Below, in pieces: positions 10,931 through 32,478 of a stretch of 64,000 nucleotides of DNA; within the stretch, counting starts at the first letter, position 1; the number at the start of each line of letters is the position of its first letter. The translations under genes were made by a program, and so were the position numbers. Source of the stretch: Harriotta raleighana (lineage: Eukaryota); NCBI GenBank assembly GCA_050575255.1, contig JBNZDD010013702.1:3902048-3966047 (forward strand), written 5' to 3'. Below the pieces are notes generated by a model. It was not told the origin of the DNA. It saw nothing but the letters and a program-made list of their open reading frames with translations, and searched no databases.

Positions 10931-13900
10931 GGGTGAGGTTCTGGTACATTCGGTGCATTAAATGTCTGACTCCACCCCCCCCCCCATTCTCTCTCTTACT
11001 GTAACTGTTGTGTTTTGCTGCATTGTGTTTTGAACAGTGCAGCGCAATGCTGTTGTTTGCTCCTGGGTGCTCTGACTTTCGTACCATTAGACAGGCATTC
11101 GGAGTATTTTTTTTTCGCAGTGTTGCTCCTGTAATATGCTTTCTTCCCCCATTCTACTCAGTGCAGTGTTTACTTGCCACCCAGACAGGTGCAGTCAGCT
11201 GATTAATCGCACTGGTGTATGTAAGAAGGATCGTTGAGTGTTTTTGACTTGATTACAATTCACAACGTGTTCTAATAAATGACATGCCTTCTCTCTACGT
11301 CCTCAATGTACGCAGTCAAATCACTTCACAGTACTGTATCTTGTATGAAGCACTTTGAGACGTCTCAAAGACTTGGATCAGACCCTATATCAAATGCAAG
11401 GATTATTATGATGTTGATTTAGTATAGGTTGGGAATTGCGACCAAAGTAGTTTTTAGTATAAAATGCTAAATAATAATTATTGAAATGCACAATACTTTC
11501 AAGAGCAGCTTCTGATTTTTAAAAAAAGTACCATATCAAGGATTATGGTAAGAATGTGTGTGGGGGGGGGGGGGATTGGTGGATATCCTTAGTCTTGTGG
11601 CATTTTTTCATTTTATAGGGAAAAAATCACCTTTTTGTTACTATAAAATAATAAATGGTGAACTTCTAAATGATTGTGCACCAGGAACTGTTGTGAGCAT
11701 CTGTTGATTATGCCTGTGGACTAAAATTTGAAGTTTTTTTTTCATTGTTAATACCCAATGTAATTAATTCCCTGTTGAATCACTGTTTCATTCAAAAGTG
11801 ATTTAACATATTGGAAAAGTTATACAAAACAATTGATTAAGACATGCTTCCAAACTAAAGTTACTTGTTGACAAATCAGGTGCAGACTATTGTTCTCTTA
11901 GTTGAATATTAGGTCCACTGTATTTAAAAAGTTGAACAATTGATGTGAGTATTCAGTATATCTTAAGATGCATAAGCAGTATATAATGATTCTACTGTCT
12001 TAACTAACTTCAATAAGGGGTCTTTTGTATGTCTAATTTTATGCTTGCTTTGTAGATAGAGAGGGTGTATTGTATGGGTTGTATAAGTTGCAATGCTATA
12101 GTCAAAAGTTTTTGACAGCTGTTTCCCTTTGTCCAGTAACTAAAATATGGCCTTTGACTTGTCTTTTGTGAATTGGGTATTGCATTTCAAATTGACTTTG
12201 ATTCTTTATTTTTTCCCTCATACCTCCTGCCACGATAATGTTGATTCACTCTTCACTAACAATCTCAGTTAAACATGGATTGTTTAACTGAGAGGTTACT
12301 CACTGCGTTTGGTTCTGCCCTCACCCAGTATCCATGGGCATTCACAAGGATTCAGTAATAATCGGTAATAAGAGTGGGAGGAGGCCATGCTTTCAATTTA
12401 AATCTCTCCTTCCTCTTTCTGAAGTTGGCAAGCTTAAGCCTAATTATGATATTGGCATTCAGCATATCAATGAGAAGAAACTATCTTTAAATTGCATTTC
12501 TACACCCTAACTATGTAAAAAGTAAATATGGTTAAAATGAAATATATTACAGCAATGTAGCATTGAGTAGTAGCTCAGCCTTTTTTTTCCAGTTTGGAAT
12601 AGGCCTGTCAATGGGCGTGGAGGGTTGTTCATCTATGACACATACTCCTGACTTCTAGCAGCTGAGTTTGAAATCCCAGGGAAGCCAGAGTATCAAATGC
12701 TTTGGGGTTGGAACGTGTTCTTTACCCGTTTCTATCTTATTCTAGCTCCCACTCCTGTTCCCACTTATATGTGGCAATGCATCAAATCATAGTATGTTAG
12801 CTTTTGGTTCTGAATCCATTAAATGTGTACCCTTTTCTGTACAAGATTAACTGATCAAAGCTGCATTTGTTTGGATTTTGTTATAATTCATAGTTGAAGA
12901 TTTTTTTCTTAGATTTGACTGAATTAACTATTAACTAGTCGTGGACAGGTTGGCAAGGTGTTGCTTGTTTGTTGCTCAGTATGGTTTCAGTGAACTGATG
13001 ATCATTTTACTCATCAAACCCTCAGTGTAGTTTACTTGGTTGAGTATCATCTTTGGAATAAAGTGGAACAACAAGGTTTGGGCTATGAATAGTTCTGTCT
13101 ATCAGTGAGTTTTACCCTGTGGTGAGCAAAATATTGTAATTGGAAGTAAGCAGCTTGATGTGTGTGTGGGGGGGAAAGAAATTGCTAAATAATAAGTTTG
13201 TAACTCATGTCGATGTCGATTTGCTGATTGATGCAAGGCAGGACACTCCCATTCTCTTTGTAATAATTGCCTGTTTCATTGTTCCGCTATCATGGCTATA
13301 ATTTGGCGATGGCGATTCAGATATTGTTTAGATTTCGCTTTGATGAAGTACACTTGCTTGGTTTACTTGGTGTGTATACCAATGAATTGCTGTAAACATC
13401 AATTGTGAAAATACTAATGTAAACCTCCATTTACTAATAGGATGGAGCTGGATTCCTTCCAATAATTAATGGATTGGCTCAGTTTGAAGGTGGAACAGTC
13501 AATTTATTCGACTGCTCCATGGCAGTGGGTGGTTAGAATCAAAGAATATTAAAGCACAGAAATAAGCTATTTGGCCCATCCTGCCTATGCAGGCTCTTTG
13601 GAAGAACCACACAATAAGTCCCATTCCACTGTTCTTTCTCCTTATCCCTGCAAATACAGATGACCTTCCTCTTTCCTGCCCACTTTTCTTCCTGACTTCT
13701 TAATATTAGCCAAATATAGAAAGCTGTCTATTCCATCATCATTGCTAGTATTTACGAATCCAATAATAAAGTGTGACAGATTGAAACCAGTGTGTAAAGT
13801 GGGAAAATAAAGTGGAGCTTTGGTAGTGCTGGGGTATGTTTGTACCTGTGAATCCCCTCTCTGTGGGTTAACTGTTTTTGGCAAGCGAAGCTGTTAATCA

Positions 13901-15427
13901 CAGAGTAGACATATGTACCTGGACCTTAAAATAATCTGAACACACTTGCATTATGTTTAGATTCTGATGTAGTTCAGAAAATCCTCTTTTCGGTTGGCAT
14001 TTCCCATTTCTGTTTTATCCAGTGAGTTGAAATGAAATTGATTTTATAACAAGTTGCTGCCAATTTCACAAATGAATGATCCAAATTGCGACCTGAAGTC
14101 TAAATATATTTGATTTGTTCAAATTTGAGCTCCATTCTTTTTAAATGGTAAAGTATAGATCGAAATGCAGCATTGGGAAGTGCCATTTGTGTAATTAAAC
14201 TTTCTCTTGTCTACAATGTGTTTTCCTCTTAAGATCGACTCGCTATGGGGTGTATCTCGGGATACATTATATAGTTTGGGTCACAACATACCAAGCGACT
14301 TCCAGGATAGTGGATGGCAAACTAGATTGACCATGGTTTTATATCTAACAAATTATTATGTTATTAAGTAAATTTGCCAATAGCATAGCTACATTTCTGA
14401 GCAAATTTTGAGTTTTTGGAAAGTTAGGGCCTTCCAAACTTGACTCTCCACAAGCACCAATTTTTCGATAGCCTTTCTCTCACAATGTGCCTGTCACTCC
14501 CTAGAGGAAATGCATGTTCTTCTGTTGGCACTCTAGGATGAAACATGTTATTCTTTCAAATCCCAACTTGTTTCAACCATAATCTCTCCTGGCATGCGAG
14601 CATTTGGCTGACAGATAAGCAAGAATTGATTTTAAAGCTAAATGACATCTTAAAAGCAAATGGTTGCTTATTTTCTCCTGGGAGAGAAATTTGGCTCCGG
14701 TTTAAACTTCAGCAAAATTAAGATGTCCATTTAGTGTATTTTTTATTGAAAACTGCTGTTGTTGTTCCCATTACCACAAGTTAGCTGAGTAACTGGAAGC
14801 TGTCTTTTGCAATTGGCTGATCTGAGGCGTGGTGAGACATAAACAAAGGTTTCTATTTACACTTGGCATGCCATTTTAAAGACATTTAAGAACTTCTGGG
14901 GTTATCTATTAAGAATATTTGGCAGGAATTTTGTTATGGTAAACTCACAACTGAGCTGGGAGCATCCTTCGTAGAACTAAACTTGCCATAATTTCTTTGT
15001 TACTAGTCTCTGTAAACAGTCATCATTCAAGCCTGGTCAGCAAATGCACAAGGACTGAGTCACTGAGGATTAGGAGCGGAGTTACTGCTTGAGATTTGAG
15101 GAAGTGTTAGTCCTTGGGAAGTGCCAATCTTATACATTGGAAGACAGGAACATGGAGTAGGTTATTGAGGTGATGCTGCTCAAGTGGATTGTGTCAATTA
15201 TCTGTTTGCTTCCAAAGTGGTTTGCCTTCAGAGCTTGTGGGAGTTCAAAAGGTAGAACAATTTTATTAACTCACTTGCAGCAGTTGTGTTATTGGCTATT
15301 TAATGAGTTGGAGTCACTGTGGTAGTTGTGGTTTAAATCCTGTCTCCTGCGTGTTTTAAACTCTACATGGACCATCTGGTAAGTTCCTTTTTTTTTCCAA
15401 CTCCACAACTGGAATACAAATGGAATA

Positions 15428-16453
15428 AGGTTAACCCTTGTCGATCGTGGGACTTACATTCCTGGAAAACTGTGCACTCAACAAAATCGTGTTGGAGAAG
15501 CTTAAGAAGTAATGGGAAAAGGAGGGGTTAGGGAATCCAGTTGCAGGCTACCCACCTCAAGCTTCCAAGCACATTCGATGTAAGGTACCTACTGAAGTGG
15601 GCTACAGCTGGCCGGCCCGCATCTCACTCCGCCCGCCTCTCCCCGCTCTTGTTGCTCCCCCCCACCCCCACTCTTTTTGATCTTGTCTCTCCTACCACCC
15701 GGGAAGTGGACAAATCAGGGCAGCCCGGGAGGGAAGCAGAGAGAAATTGGGGAGAGCAGCGGGCGGGCGGTGTGGGGGGGGAACAGGACCGCTCGGAGGC
15801 GGTGGGGGGACTCAGGGAGGTGCGGGGGAAAGAACCGATCGGGGACGGGGGGGGACTCGCAGAAATGTGGGGGGGGAGAGCCGATCGGAATGGGGGGCAC
15901 GGACAAACGGACTCGCGGAAGTGTGGGGGAGAGAGCCGATCGGAAGGTGCTGGGGATGGGAGGCACAGAAAGGTTACAGCGGCTTTGTTTTTGCTTTATT
16001 GCTATAATAAAGTGAAAACAAAGCAGTAAAGCAATAAAAAAAAGTAATAAAACAACAGTGTAGATTAGCCTACATTGCTGTATGATTCCTGTCTCTCTCT
16101 CTCTGTCTCTTCTGTTTACCATACAACGCAATAAGATTCTCCAAGGCCAAAGCGTTATTCTATTTATCCAGAATGCATTCCACGCTGGGCTTCGGCTTTA
16201 GTCGGAATCTGCTGGCCTCATCAAAAAAAACAAAAAAAACAAAAAAAATGAGCATGCCCGTAGGACCAGCCAGCCGAGGAATCATCGGATTTAGTCGGGG
16301 GCTATCGGCATCCTCACCCATGCGCATGCGCACGGGGGCAACCAGCAAGTATACACAAGTTTTACATGTGATGCACAAAAAAGTGATGCTTTTGTTTCGT
16401 CGCGTTTCCTTGAATTCGCAATTGATAAAATTGCCTTCGACAAGGGTTAACTG
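15428..16453. mobile_element. Non-autonomous Tigger/pogo-like DNA transposon (~1 kb)
   Basis: Perfect 15-bp inverted repeat GTTAACCCTTGTCGA (15430-15444) / TCGACAAGGGTTAAC (16437-16451); TA on both flanks. Confidence 0.8.
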
Positions 16454-16739
16454 TACATTGCTTTTTAAAAAATATTTCAATGCAACAGTATTATTATAGA
16501 ACTGCTCCCTGTCTATAGGACTGAACCTGGTCACATTGCAGAAGAAGATGGAATTTGGAACCCTCTTTTAGCTGCTGAAATGGTAGAAACCCAAGAGCAG
16601 TGTGGTTGCTCATGTCAGTAAGGCAGCTGGTAATGATAATTGAGGCTGTACTGTTTGCTAACATTGGGATAGCTTTCCTGTGATTGAATTCCCACTATAA
16701 AAAATGAATAGTTCTCTTTGATCTTCTAACTTCACATCG

Positions 16740-17030
16740 AGCTGTGTGCTCCCACTGCTTAGGACTGCTTCAGGTTCCCTGTCTAGCCCGCCTGAGGTCG
16801 GGCCTTCTACCTCTCTGCCCCCAGCCTTTGGAATTCGATCCCACAGTCCTTTTGCCTTGCTCTCTCCCTTGCCTCCTTCAAGGCTTGTCTCAAGACCTTA
16901 TTCTTCGATCACCCTTCCTATCCTCGACCTTTCTGATCCCAACCCTCCACTTGGGTCCGTATCCCTGAATGTGCAGCCATTGGAACATCCTCCTAATGTG
17001 AAAGCTGCTATACCAATGTAATTTTTTGTT
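16740..17030 (+). mobile_element. L2-clade LINE 3' fragment
   Basis: Same pyrimidine-rich body and tail as 2440-2693. Confidence 0.75.
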
Positions 17031-17242
17031 CTCATTGAATCTTCAGAAAAGAGTTATGATCCATGTTTCAATGATTGTGGCTCTTTAGGTTCACTCTCTG
17101 CCTAATTGTTTTTTCACTACAGCATACTGTTCATAGTTAGATTTGCAGATTAATATTGTTTGAAGTGAATTGCAGCATTTACTTGTTCAGATTTCTAAAA
17201 CAAATAATTATATTGATTTTCCTTTTCTCTCTTACAGCCAGA

Positions 17243-26906
<9,664 letters not shown>

Positions 26907-27052
26907 TGGTCTTCCGCACGCCAGTACGTCTCTTTTCTCTTTGTCTGTCCGAGCAGTATTTCTAGCTGCATCCCTCATCCGCTGATAATCTGACGGGATA
27001 TTCGCTGCTGCGACAACAGTTTAACACGATAAAATGGCTCTTCGCTAAAAAA

Positions 27053-27079
27053 ACACACACACACACACACACACACACA
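27053..27079. repeat. (AC)n microsatellite
   Basis: Directly visible. Confidence 0.95.
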
Positions 27080-27270
27080 GTAGATATTGGATTACAAAGA
27101 AAATGAGTAGAGTAATAAGCCTCTCTTGCATGGAATCTAGAATTGAAATATTTTCTTACTCATTCTTGTGGTAGTTCCTCATCATTCGCTATTGTCTGTG
27201 ATTTGAATTTTGTGTCAGCCGTAGTCAGGCTGGCGTTTCTTAATTCATTCTCCCCCTATTCCCCCCCTCC

Positions 27271-27572
27271 CCCACCCTGCCCTCTCATAGGGCCTGTTAT
27301 AGACCTGAACTTCCCCGTTCAAACAACCACCTGTTCTGCCATAAACTGTTGTCCACAATGTTCAAAGTTACTGATCGGTTCTGTGACGGACACCGAGGCT
27401 TGATACCAGATTGAGTGTCTGCCCACCCTGCCCTCTCATAGGGCCTGTTATAGACCTGAACTTCCCCGTTCAAACAACCACCTGTTCTGCCATAAACTGT
27501 TGTCCACAATGTTCAAAGTTACTGATCGGTTCTGTGACGGACACCGAGGCTTGATACCAGATTGAGTGTCTG
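27271..27572. repeat. Exact 151-bp tandem duplication in RAB14 3'UTR
   Basis: 27271-27421 = 27422-27572; CCC microhomology at the junctions. Confidence 0.95.
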
Positions 27573-29010
27573 CCCGCCACATCCAGTGAGCTTGTTGCTG
27601 TTCGTGAGTTCATCCCTTGTTACATGTTTTCCCCAGGGCTCTAATTCCAGCTTCTGTCTTAACCTTGTAAATGATAACCTTTCTCTCCCTCTTTTCAAAA
27701 TACAAAGAAGGCTTTATTAGTGTGCTTTTTTTTTGCCATTTTATTCTTTACATTTACTAACAAACAATACGTAAATATGTATAAAATTTGAAGGAAACTG
27801 AGCTAACATTTAAATACATCTGTGTGTGTATATGATTTTAATGAAGAAACCAATTGATTTACTGGCACCTGCTAGAAAAGTACCAGTTTGTACAGTACAA
27901 TCTGTAAGTGACCATGTTGCCCCTTTAAGCACAGAATAATCACATTTTAAATAAAAAAAAGCAAAACAAGCAGTACTTTAACACTAGTTAAGTTTCGTAT
28001 TCTCTTGTCTTGTTCCATCATTGCACTGTGGAGACTCTGCCGCTAACCCTGTTATTGTGCAATTGAACGTGTAATGTTCTCTGTAATGTCCTGCGTTCAT
28101 GGCTGTATTTAATGCCTTATATTGTTTAAAAAAAATACTGGGTGAATTAATGCACATGTATGTGCTTTTATACTCACATTTAGGTGCAATTGTCCTTTAA
28201 TGAACTGGAAAGATTTCCATTCAAAGAGTAGATTAAGTGGGGGGGGAGGGGCTGTTTTTTTATTTTTAAACCCTATTTTGCTTTTTTGCATTAAACACTT
28301 GGTGGTATTACAAAATGGTCTGCATTGACCTTTTTTTTATTATTTCAGGGGATGAACATTTAATCTTCAAATGGTGATTAAGTTTGCCTTTAGTGGCATA
28401 ATTGTGGTTGAAAATACTGCTGAATGCATCTTCAGTTGTGTAAAATGGGTCTGTACTGTTTAAGCATTGCATCCAATGTCAGGTAAGGAGGAAGGGAGAG
28501 TACTCCCATTTTTCCCCAAATGTATGACACCTGAGCAGTCAAATCCTCGCACTTGTGTAGAGAAAACAAAACACCTTAGGGTCCTGTACAGAAACATGGG
28601 AATCTGCAATCTATTGGAAACTTTGTCAATTTGTGCACTGTCCCTAGTTTGTAGTGTTTTAAGTTGTAAGAATGTGAATCTTTTGTTTAGCTGGTGGGAT
28701 AATTGTTGAGCGGAGAAAGGATGTGATCAAGATTTTCTTGTCTTTGCTTAAAATGATGAGCCTTTGCTTCAGTGAAGTGTTAACCAGGGACCACCGCTTT
28801 GCATCCAGTGTGCAGGGAATTGGGCGAGGGTGATTCAATCTAATTCTGCTAAAGTTTGCTTTGATTAATTGGTGATATGAGACCTTAATTACTCCTGAAC
28901 AGCTTTACAGTAAGCCTTGTTGTTTATATATCTGTGATCGAAAAAAAAAATACTTTGAACTGCTGTACCTTTCATTTGATGGAACAAAATGCTATTAATC
29001 TGAATTTGTA

Positions 29011-29016
29011 AATAAA
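29011..29016 (+). terminator. RAB14: Likely main RAB14 polyadenylation signal
   Basis: TTTGTA-AATAAA followed by a GT/T-rich downstream element (TTGTCTTTGT ~29036). Confidence 0.6.
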
Positions 29017-29504
29017 GTACCTGTATCTAGTTAAATTGTCTTTGTAGTCCTTTAAGATTGTAACCTTGATCCTCGAAACTCCAAGACGATATTACTCCAC
29101 CTCTCAATTGTGGCACATCAGTGAGCTCGCTAAATGTATATGTTTAGAGATCTGGCAATGCGGTGTCTGTAATCATTCAAAAATAAACCATTTACCAGGT
29201 AAATAGTCACAGACAGTGGGATTCTGTGGAATAAACTATGCCAATCGCAAACCCTCTGAATTGTCTCTTTACTCCTTTAAGAACCTTTCATTTTTGTGGA
29301 TCAGGAAAAGATTGATTTTATTGTAGTAAATTTCTGACCCAGCCTGTGTGTTGCACTATGTGAGTGGAAAGTAAGTTCCCATTACATTCACCTACTAAGC
29401 TTGGCTACTTTGAGGTGAATGTAGACTCTACCTGATGTTTGTTGACTTGCAAATGCTTACTGTTCAACTTTTTAAAAACAAAATGTGCCCTTAAAACCAA
29501 CCTT

Positions 29505-29760
29505 GCAAGGGAGAGACCTGGGTTTGATTCCAGGCAGGGTGAACCCTTGGGCAAGTATCCTTACTCCACACACCTAATAATAATCCCTCAAAAAAAAGGT
29601 CACTCAATCCTTGATTGTGGGCGCTGCTGTGCGCAATTGGCTACAGTGTTTCACCCACAAAATATACAATCAATTCACTTTACAGTATATTCTTTGAAGT
29701 GGTTTGAGATGTCTAGAAGATGTGAAAAAGCACTATTATCAAATGCAAGGATTATTATTT
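29505..29760 (+). mobile_element. tRNA-derived SINE, 5'-truncated
   Basis: B box GTTTGATTCC, family body and tail. Confidence 0.8.
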
Positions 29761-29904
29761 CTCAAATCCTTTGCAGTGCCTCTTCAAGCTGAGCTGCAAA
29801 AACCAATCCACATTCAATGTGTTCTGTACTTTTTTTGACTACTGTATTTAAATGTTAATTCTTTTCAGTAGTGATGGGATTTCAACAAAATTTTGAGCCA
29901 GGCA

Positions 29905-29919
29905 CCAGCAGGTGGCAGC
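29905..29919 (+). promoter_or_regulatory. CTCF-like motif CCAGCAGGTGGCAGC
   Basis: Close match to the CCASYAGRKGGCRS consensus. Confidence 0.45.
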
Positions 29920-30074
29920 CTTTCACAGGATTCAGCTAAATTGGGTGATCAGATTGATAACCAACATTAACTCTTCGCCCTGCGGTCAGATGGTCTTTTA
30001 ACCATAAATGCTTTGCCTATATCACCTTCAGTCGTTGATTTATTCAAATTTGCTGGTGTAAAATGTGGGATTTT

Positions 30075-30365
30075 AAACAACTTATATTTGATGTAGCATC
30101 CTTCACACAGGATAGTGTCCTGCATCAGTGCTTCAGTGGCATATTTTGACCCCAAGCCAGAGAGAGGTGGGGGGGGGGGGAGGGGGAGATCGAAAAGGAA
30201 AGTCTTTAGATGGGATTTGAAAGTGTGGAGGGAGGAGGCAAGGCAGAAAGCCAGAGATTCAAAGTATAGTGGCTGAAGGCATGGCCACCAACGGTGGAGT
30301 GAAGGAGGGATAAACTGAAGGCCATAGACAGCTGAGCTGAGGCAGCGGGTTGTGGGTAAGAATAT
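30075..30365 (-). mobile_element. L2-clade LINE 3' fragment
   Basis: GGHAFSHYTLNLW and TFKSHLKTFLFD motifs. Confidence 0.7.
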
Positions 30366-30566
30366 TGGATGAGTAGAGAAAGGACATTGAAAATGAGTGA
30401 AAGGATCCATGTGATTTTCTGGCTAACTGGAATGTCTTGAAGGAAGTTGAGCTTCTTGACTTTGAGTTGCAAATCCTTGTTATAACTAATGTTAGATCAA
30501 ATCCCTTGCTCTTCCCTCATCCGGTCTTGCAAGGAAAATAATAATAATTGCACTTGATGTAGCGCC

Positions 30567-32478
30567 TTATGTTATTGAGACATCTCGAAGTGCTTCACGG
30601 AATGTGCTGTATAGTGGATTGACTAGTATATTTTGTGGATGATAAAGAATTGAGATTCCCTCCTCTCCCACAACTCTGAAATTGCCACTCCATAACCAAA
30701 TACAGTACTGAGGAAAGGCACTGTTGCCCTTGCTTGCTGTGAGCTTTGACCTTTCTAAAATATTCTTAAGCAAAATGTAATCAATCTTCCTTCTGTGTTT
30801 TCTGGGAGTGAAGTACAGCCAACTGAGAAGTAGCTCTGTGCAAACAATGGGCAAACCCATGTCCATTTTGTAGAATCTTTTAATATATAAAATACATAAT
30901 TTAGAAACCTCATTTAAAAAAAAATGTACAAATTTGCTCATGAATTCAGTAATCCTGTAAAGGACAATTAAATAGAAAACACATTGCATTGAAATATTAT
31001 AAAATACCAGGAGAGATCGATTTCCAGAGATATCATTTGATCCATTTTCTCTGCAACTGATCCAATTGAAGCTCCCAGCCACTTTCGCCCTGGGGTTTCC
31101 AGGTGCAGTGAATACGCTAACCATCGGCTCAGAGACACAATATCTGAGGTAGGTGGGTGGGTGAGTGAGAGACCCTGGATACTCTTGATACTCAAAATGG
31201 AACATCAGCCATTTTGGGGTGAGCAGCTTCACCAACTTTCTCCTGTGGAAAGAACGGTTTTGTGAATAAGCATTGGTGTATAGTTTAGCAGATGGTTTCT
31301 CTCCTCTGTAGGTTGTCTGATATATTAAATTAACCAAACTTGTGTTGAGGTCAGAGTTGGAATGCCCTGCCAATGCTGAAGCAAACACAGAATTTGCATT
31401 TTCAAATGGGGGGAGGGGGATCCAGAATGAGACAACCAACCTAAAAAAAAAGCCACCTCCTGAATCATCTATTCTCACTCCCAGTGTGCCAACCACGTGC
31501 GAATTACAGGAACGCTGTGTAACAGCTTGTCATGTGACACCCAGTACAACTCAAAACACAATTGACTTTCGAGACTCAAAACCCACGGTCGGTTGGCTTT
31601 TTTGCCATTGGAGGCAGCCAGTGATGTTGGCGATCCTTTCCAAGATCAGCAGCACTCTCACCTCAGGCAGGATCGAACACTGAATGCCAGCCAAGGTTCA
31701 GATCTAAACCTCAGCACTGTATGTTCATACAAGGAAATCGCTCTGAAATCCGCTCCATTTTACCATTTCTTCTAAAAATTAAAACTATTTTAACACCATA
31801 TTAATAATAGACTAAATAACAAATATTGCATTAATATTTTATTATTTATACTCAACTTCGCAATCGCAGCCCTCACCCAACCTATTTTAGGTCAAATGGA
31901 CCAAAGTAGCAACTTCTGTGTTGTAAGTTCTAATCTTTATAGGTTAGACAAGCATCACTATGCGTGAGTTTCCATTAACAGATAATAACGACCGAGGTAA
32001 AAAAAAAAGTGACTTTTCAAGGGAGCAGGAGCGATCTCTCTGTATGTGTGTGTCTCTCTGTTTCTCTCTCTCCCTCTGTGTGTGTATGTCTCTCTCTATG
32101 TCTGTGAGTATTTCTGTCTCTGTGTGTGTATCTCTCTGTCTGTGTGTGTCTCTTTGTGTGCATGTGTGTCTCTCTCTCCCCCCCTTTCTCTCTCTCTATG
32201 TGTCTCTGTGTGTTTCTCTGTATCTGAGTGTGTCTCTCTCTATCTGTGTGTTTGTGTGTCCCTTTCTCTCACCTATAATTGGCTGCTNTGTATCTGAGTG
32301 TGTGTCTCTCTATCTGTGTGTTTGTGTGTCCCTTTCTCTCACCTATAATTGGCTGCTGCCCAGGATTCTGTGAGCATCCTGATTGCCTCTAACCGTCTCA
32401 CCAGTTTAGACCCGCCTAGTGGCCAGCCACAAGTACTGCACTCGTAAGTCCTGCACTTGCTTACGACAGTCCATTCAT
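30567..32478 (-). CDS. Hypothetical two-exon orphan gene (32478-32465 joined to 31440-30567; 295 aa, MNGLSLVVSFWIPLPP...)
   Basis: ATG AAT GGA CTG TC|GTAAGC donor joins T9-AG|G TTG GTT in frame with the 309-aa ORF; no recognised homology. Confidence 0.25.
31443..31715 (-). ncRNA. Unidentified structured RNA candidate (H/ACA-like or Pol III-like)
   Basis: Several stems folded by eye whose G-U pairs work only on the minus strand; AAAAAA and ACA flank one hairpin; T9 run follows the closing stem. Confidence 0.35.
32035..32357. repeat. Compound (TG)/(TC) low-complexity repeat with N-flanked ~69-bp duplication
   Basis: Directly visible; N at 32288. Confidence 0.9.

Larger units (their letters stand above)
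26907..29035 (+). other. RAB14: RAB14 3'UTR (end approximate)
   Basis: AT-rich, free of the SINE/LINE copies; AATAAA at 27950, 29011, 29182, 29230. Confidence 0.7.

Noticed and set aside
10340-11087. Overlapping ORFs of up to 193 aa at the RAB14 5' end
   Set aside because: Stop-poor CpG island; no recognisable protein
15541-16534. Cluster of 100-160-aa ORFs on both strands
   Set aside because: Inside a GC-rich non-autonomous transposon; no transposase motifs
28043-28050. CTAACCCT, telomerase-template-like
   Set aside because: Isolated 8-mer in the RAB14 UTR with no pseudoknot or CR4/5 motifs
31488-31603. Vault/Y-RNA-like reading on + (terminal stem then TTTTTT, TTCGAGAC)
   Set aside because: No A box or GGCUGGUCCG-type 5' end; G-U pairing favours the minus strand
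31312-31775. Plus-strand protein-like ORFs (113 aa and 60 aa) after a good acceptor at 31311
   Set aside because: All three frames hit stops within 25 nt of the acceptor, and joining the ORFs needs a frameshift
31960-32373. SLCV-rich ORFs
   Set aside because: Translation of the (TG)/(TC) microsatellite
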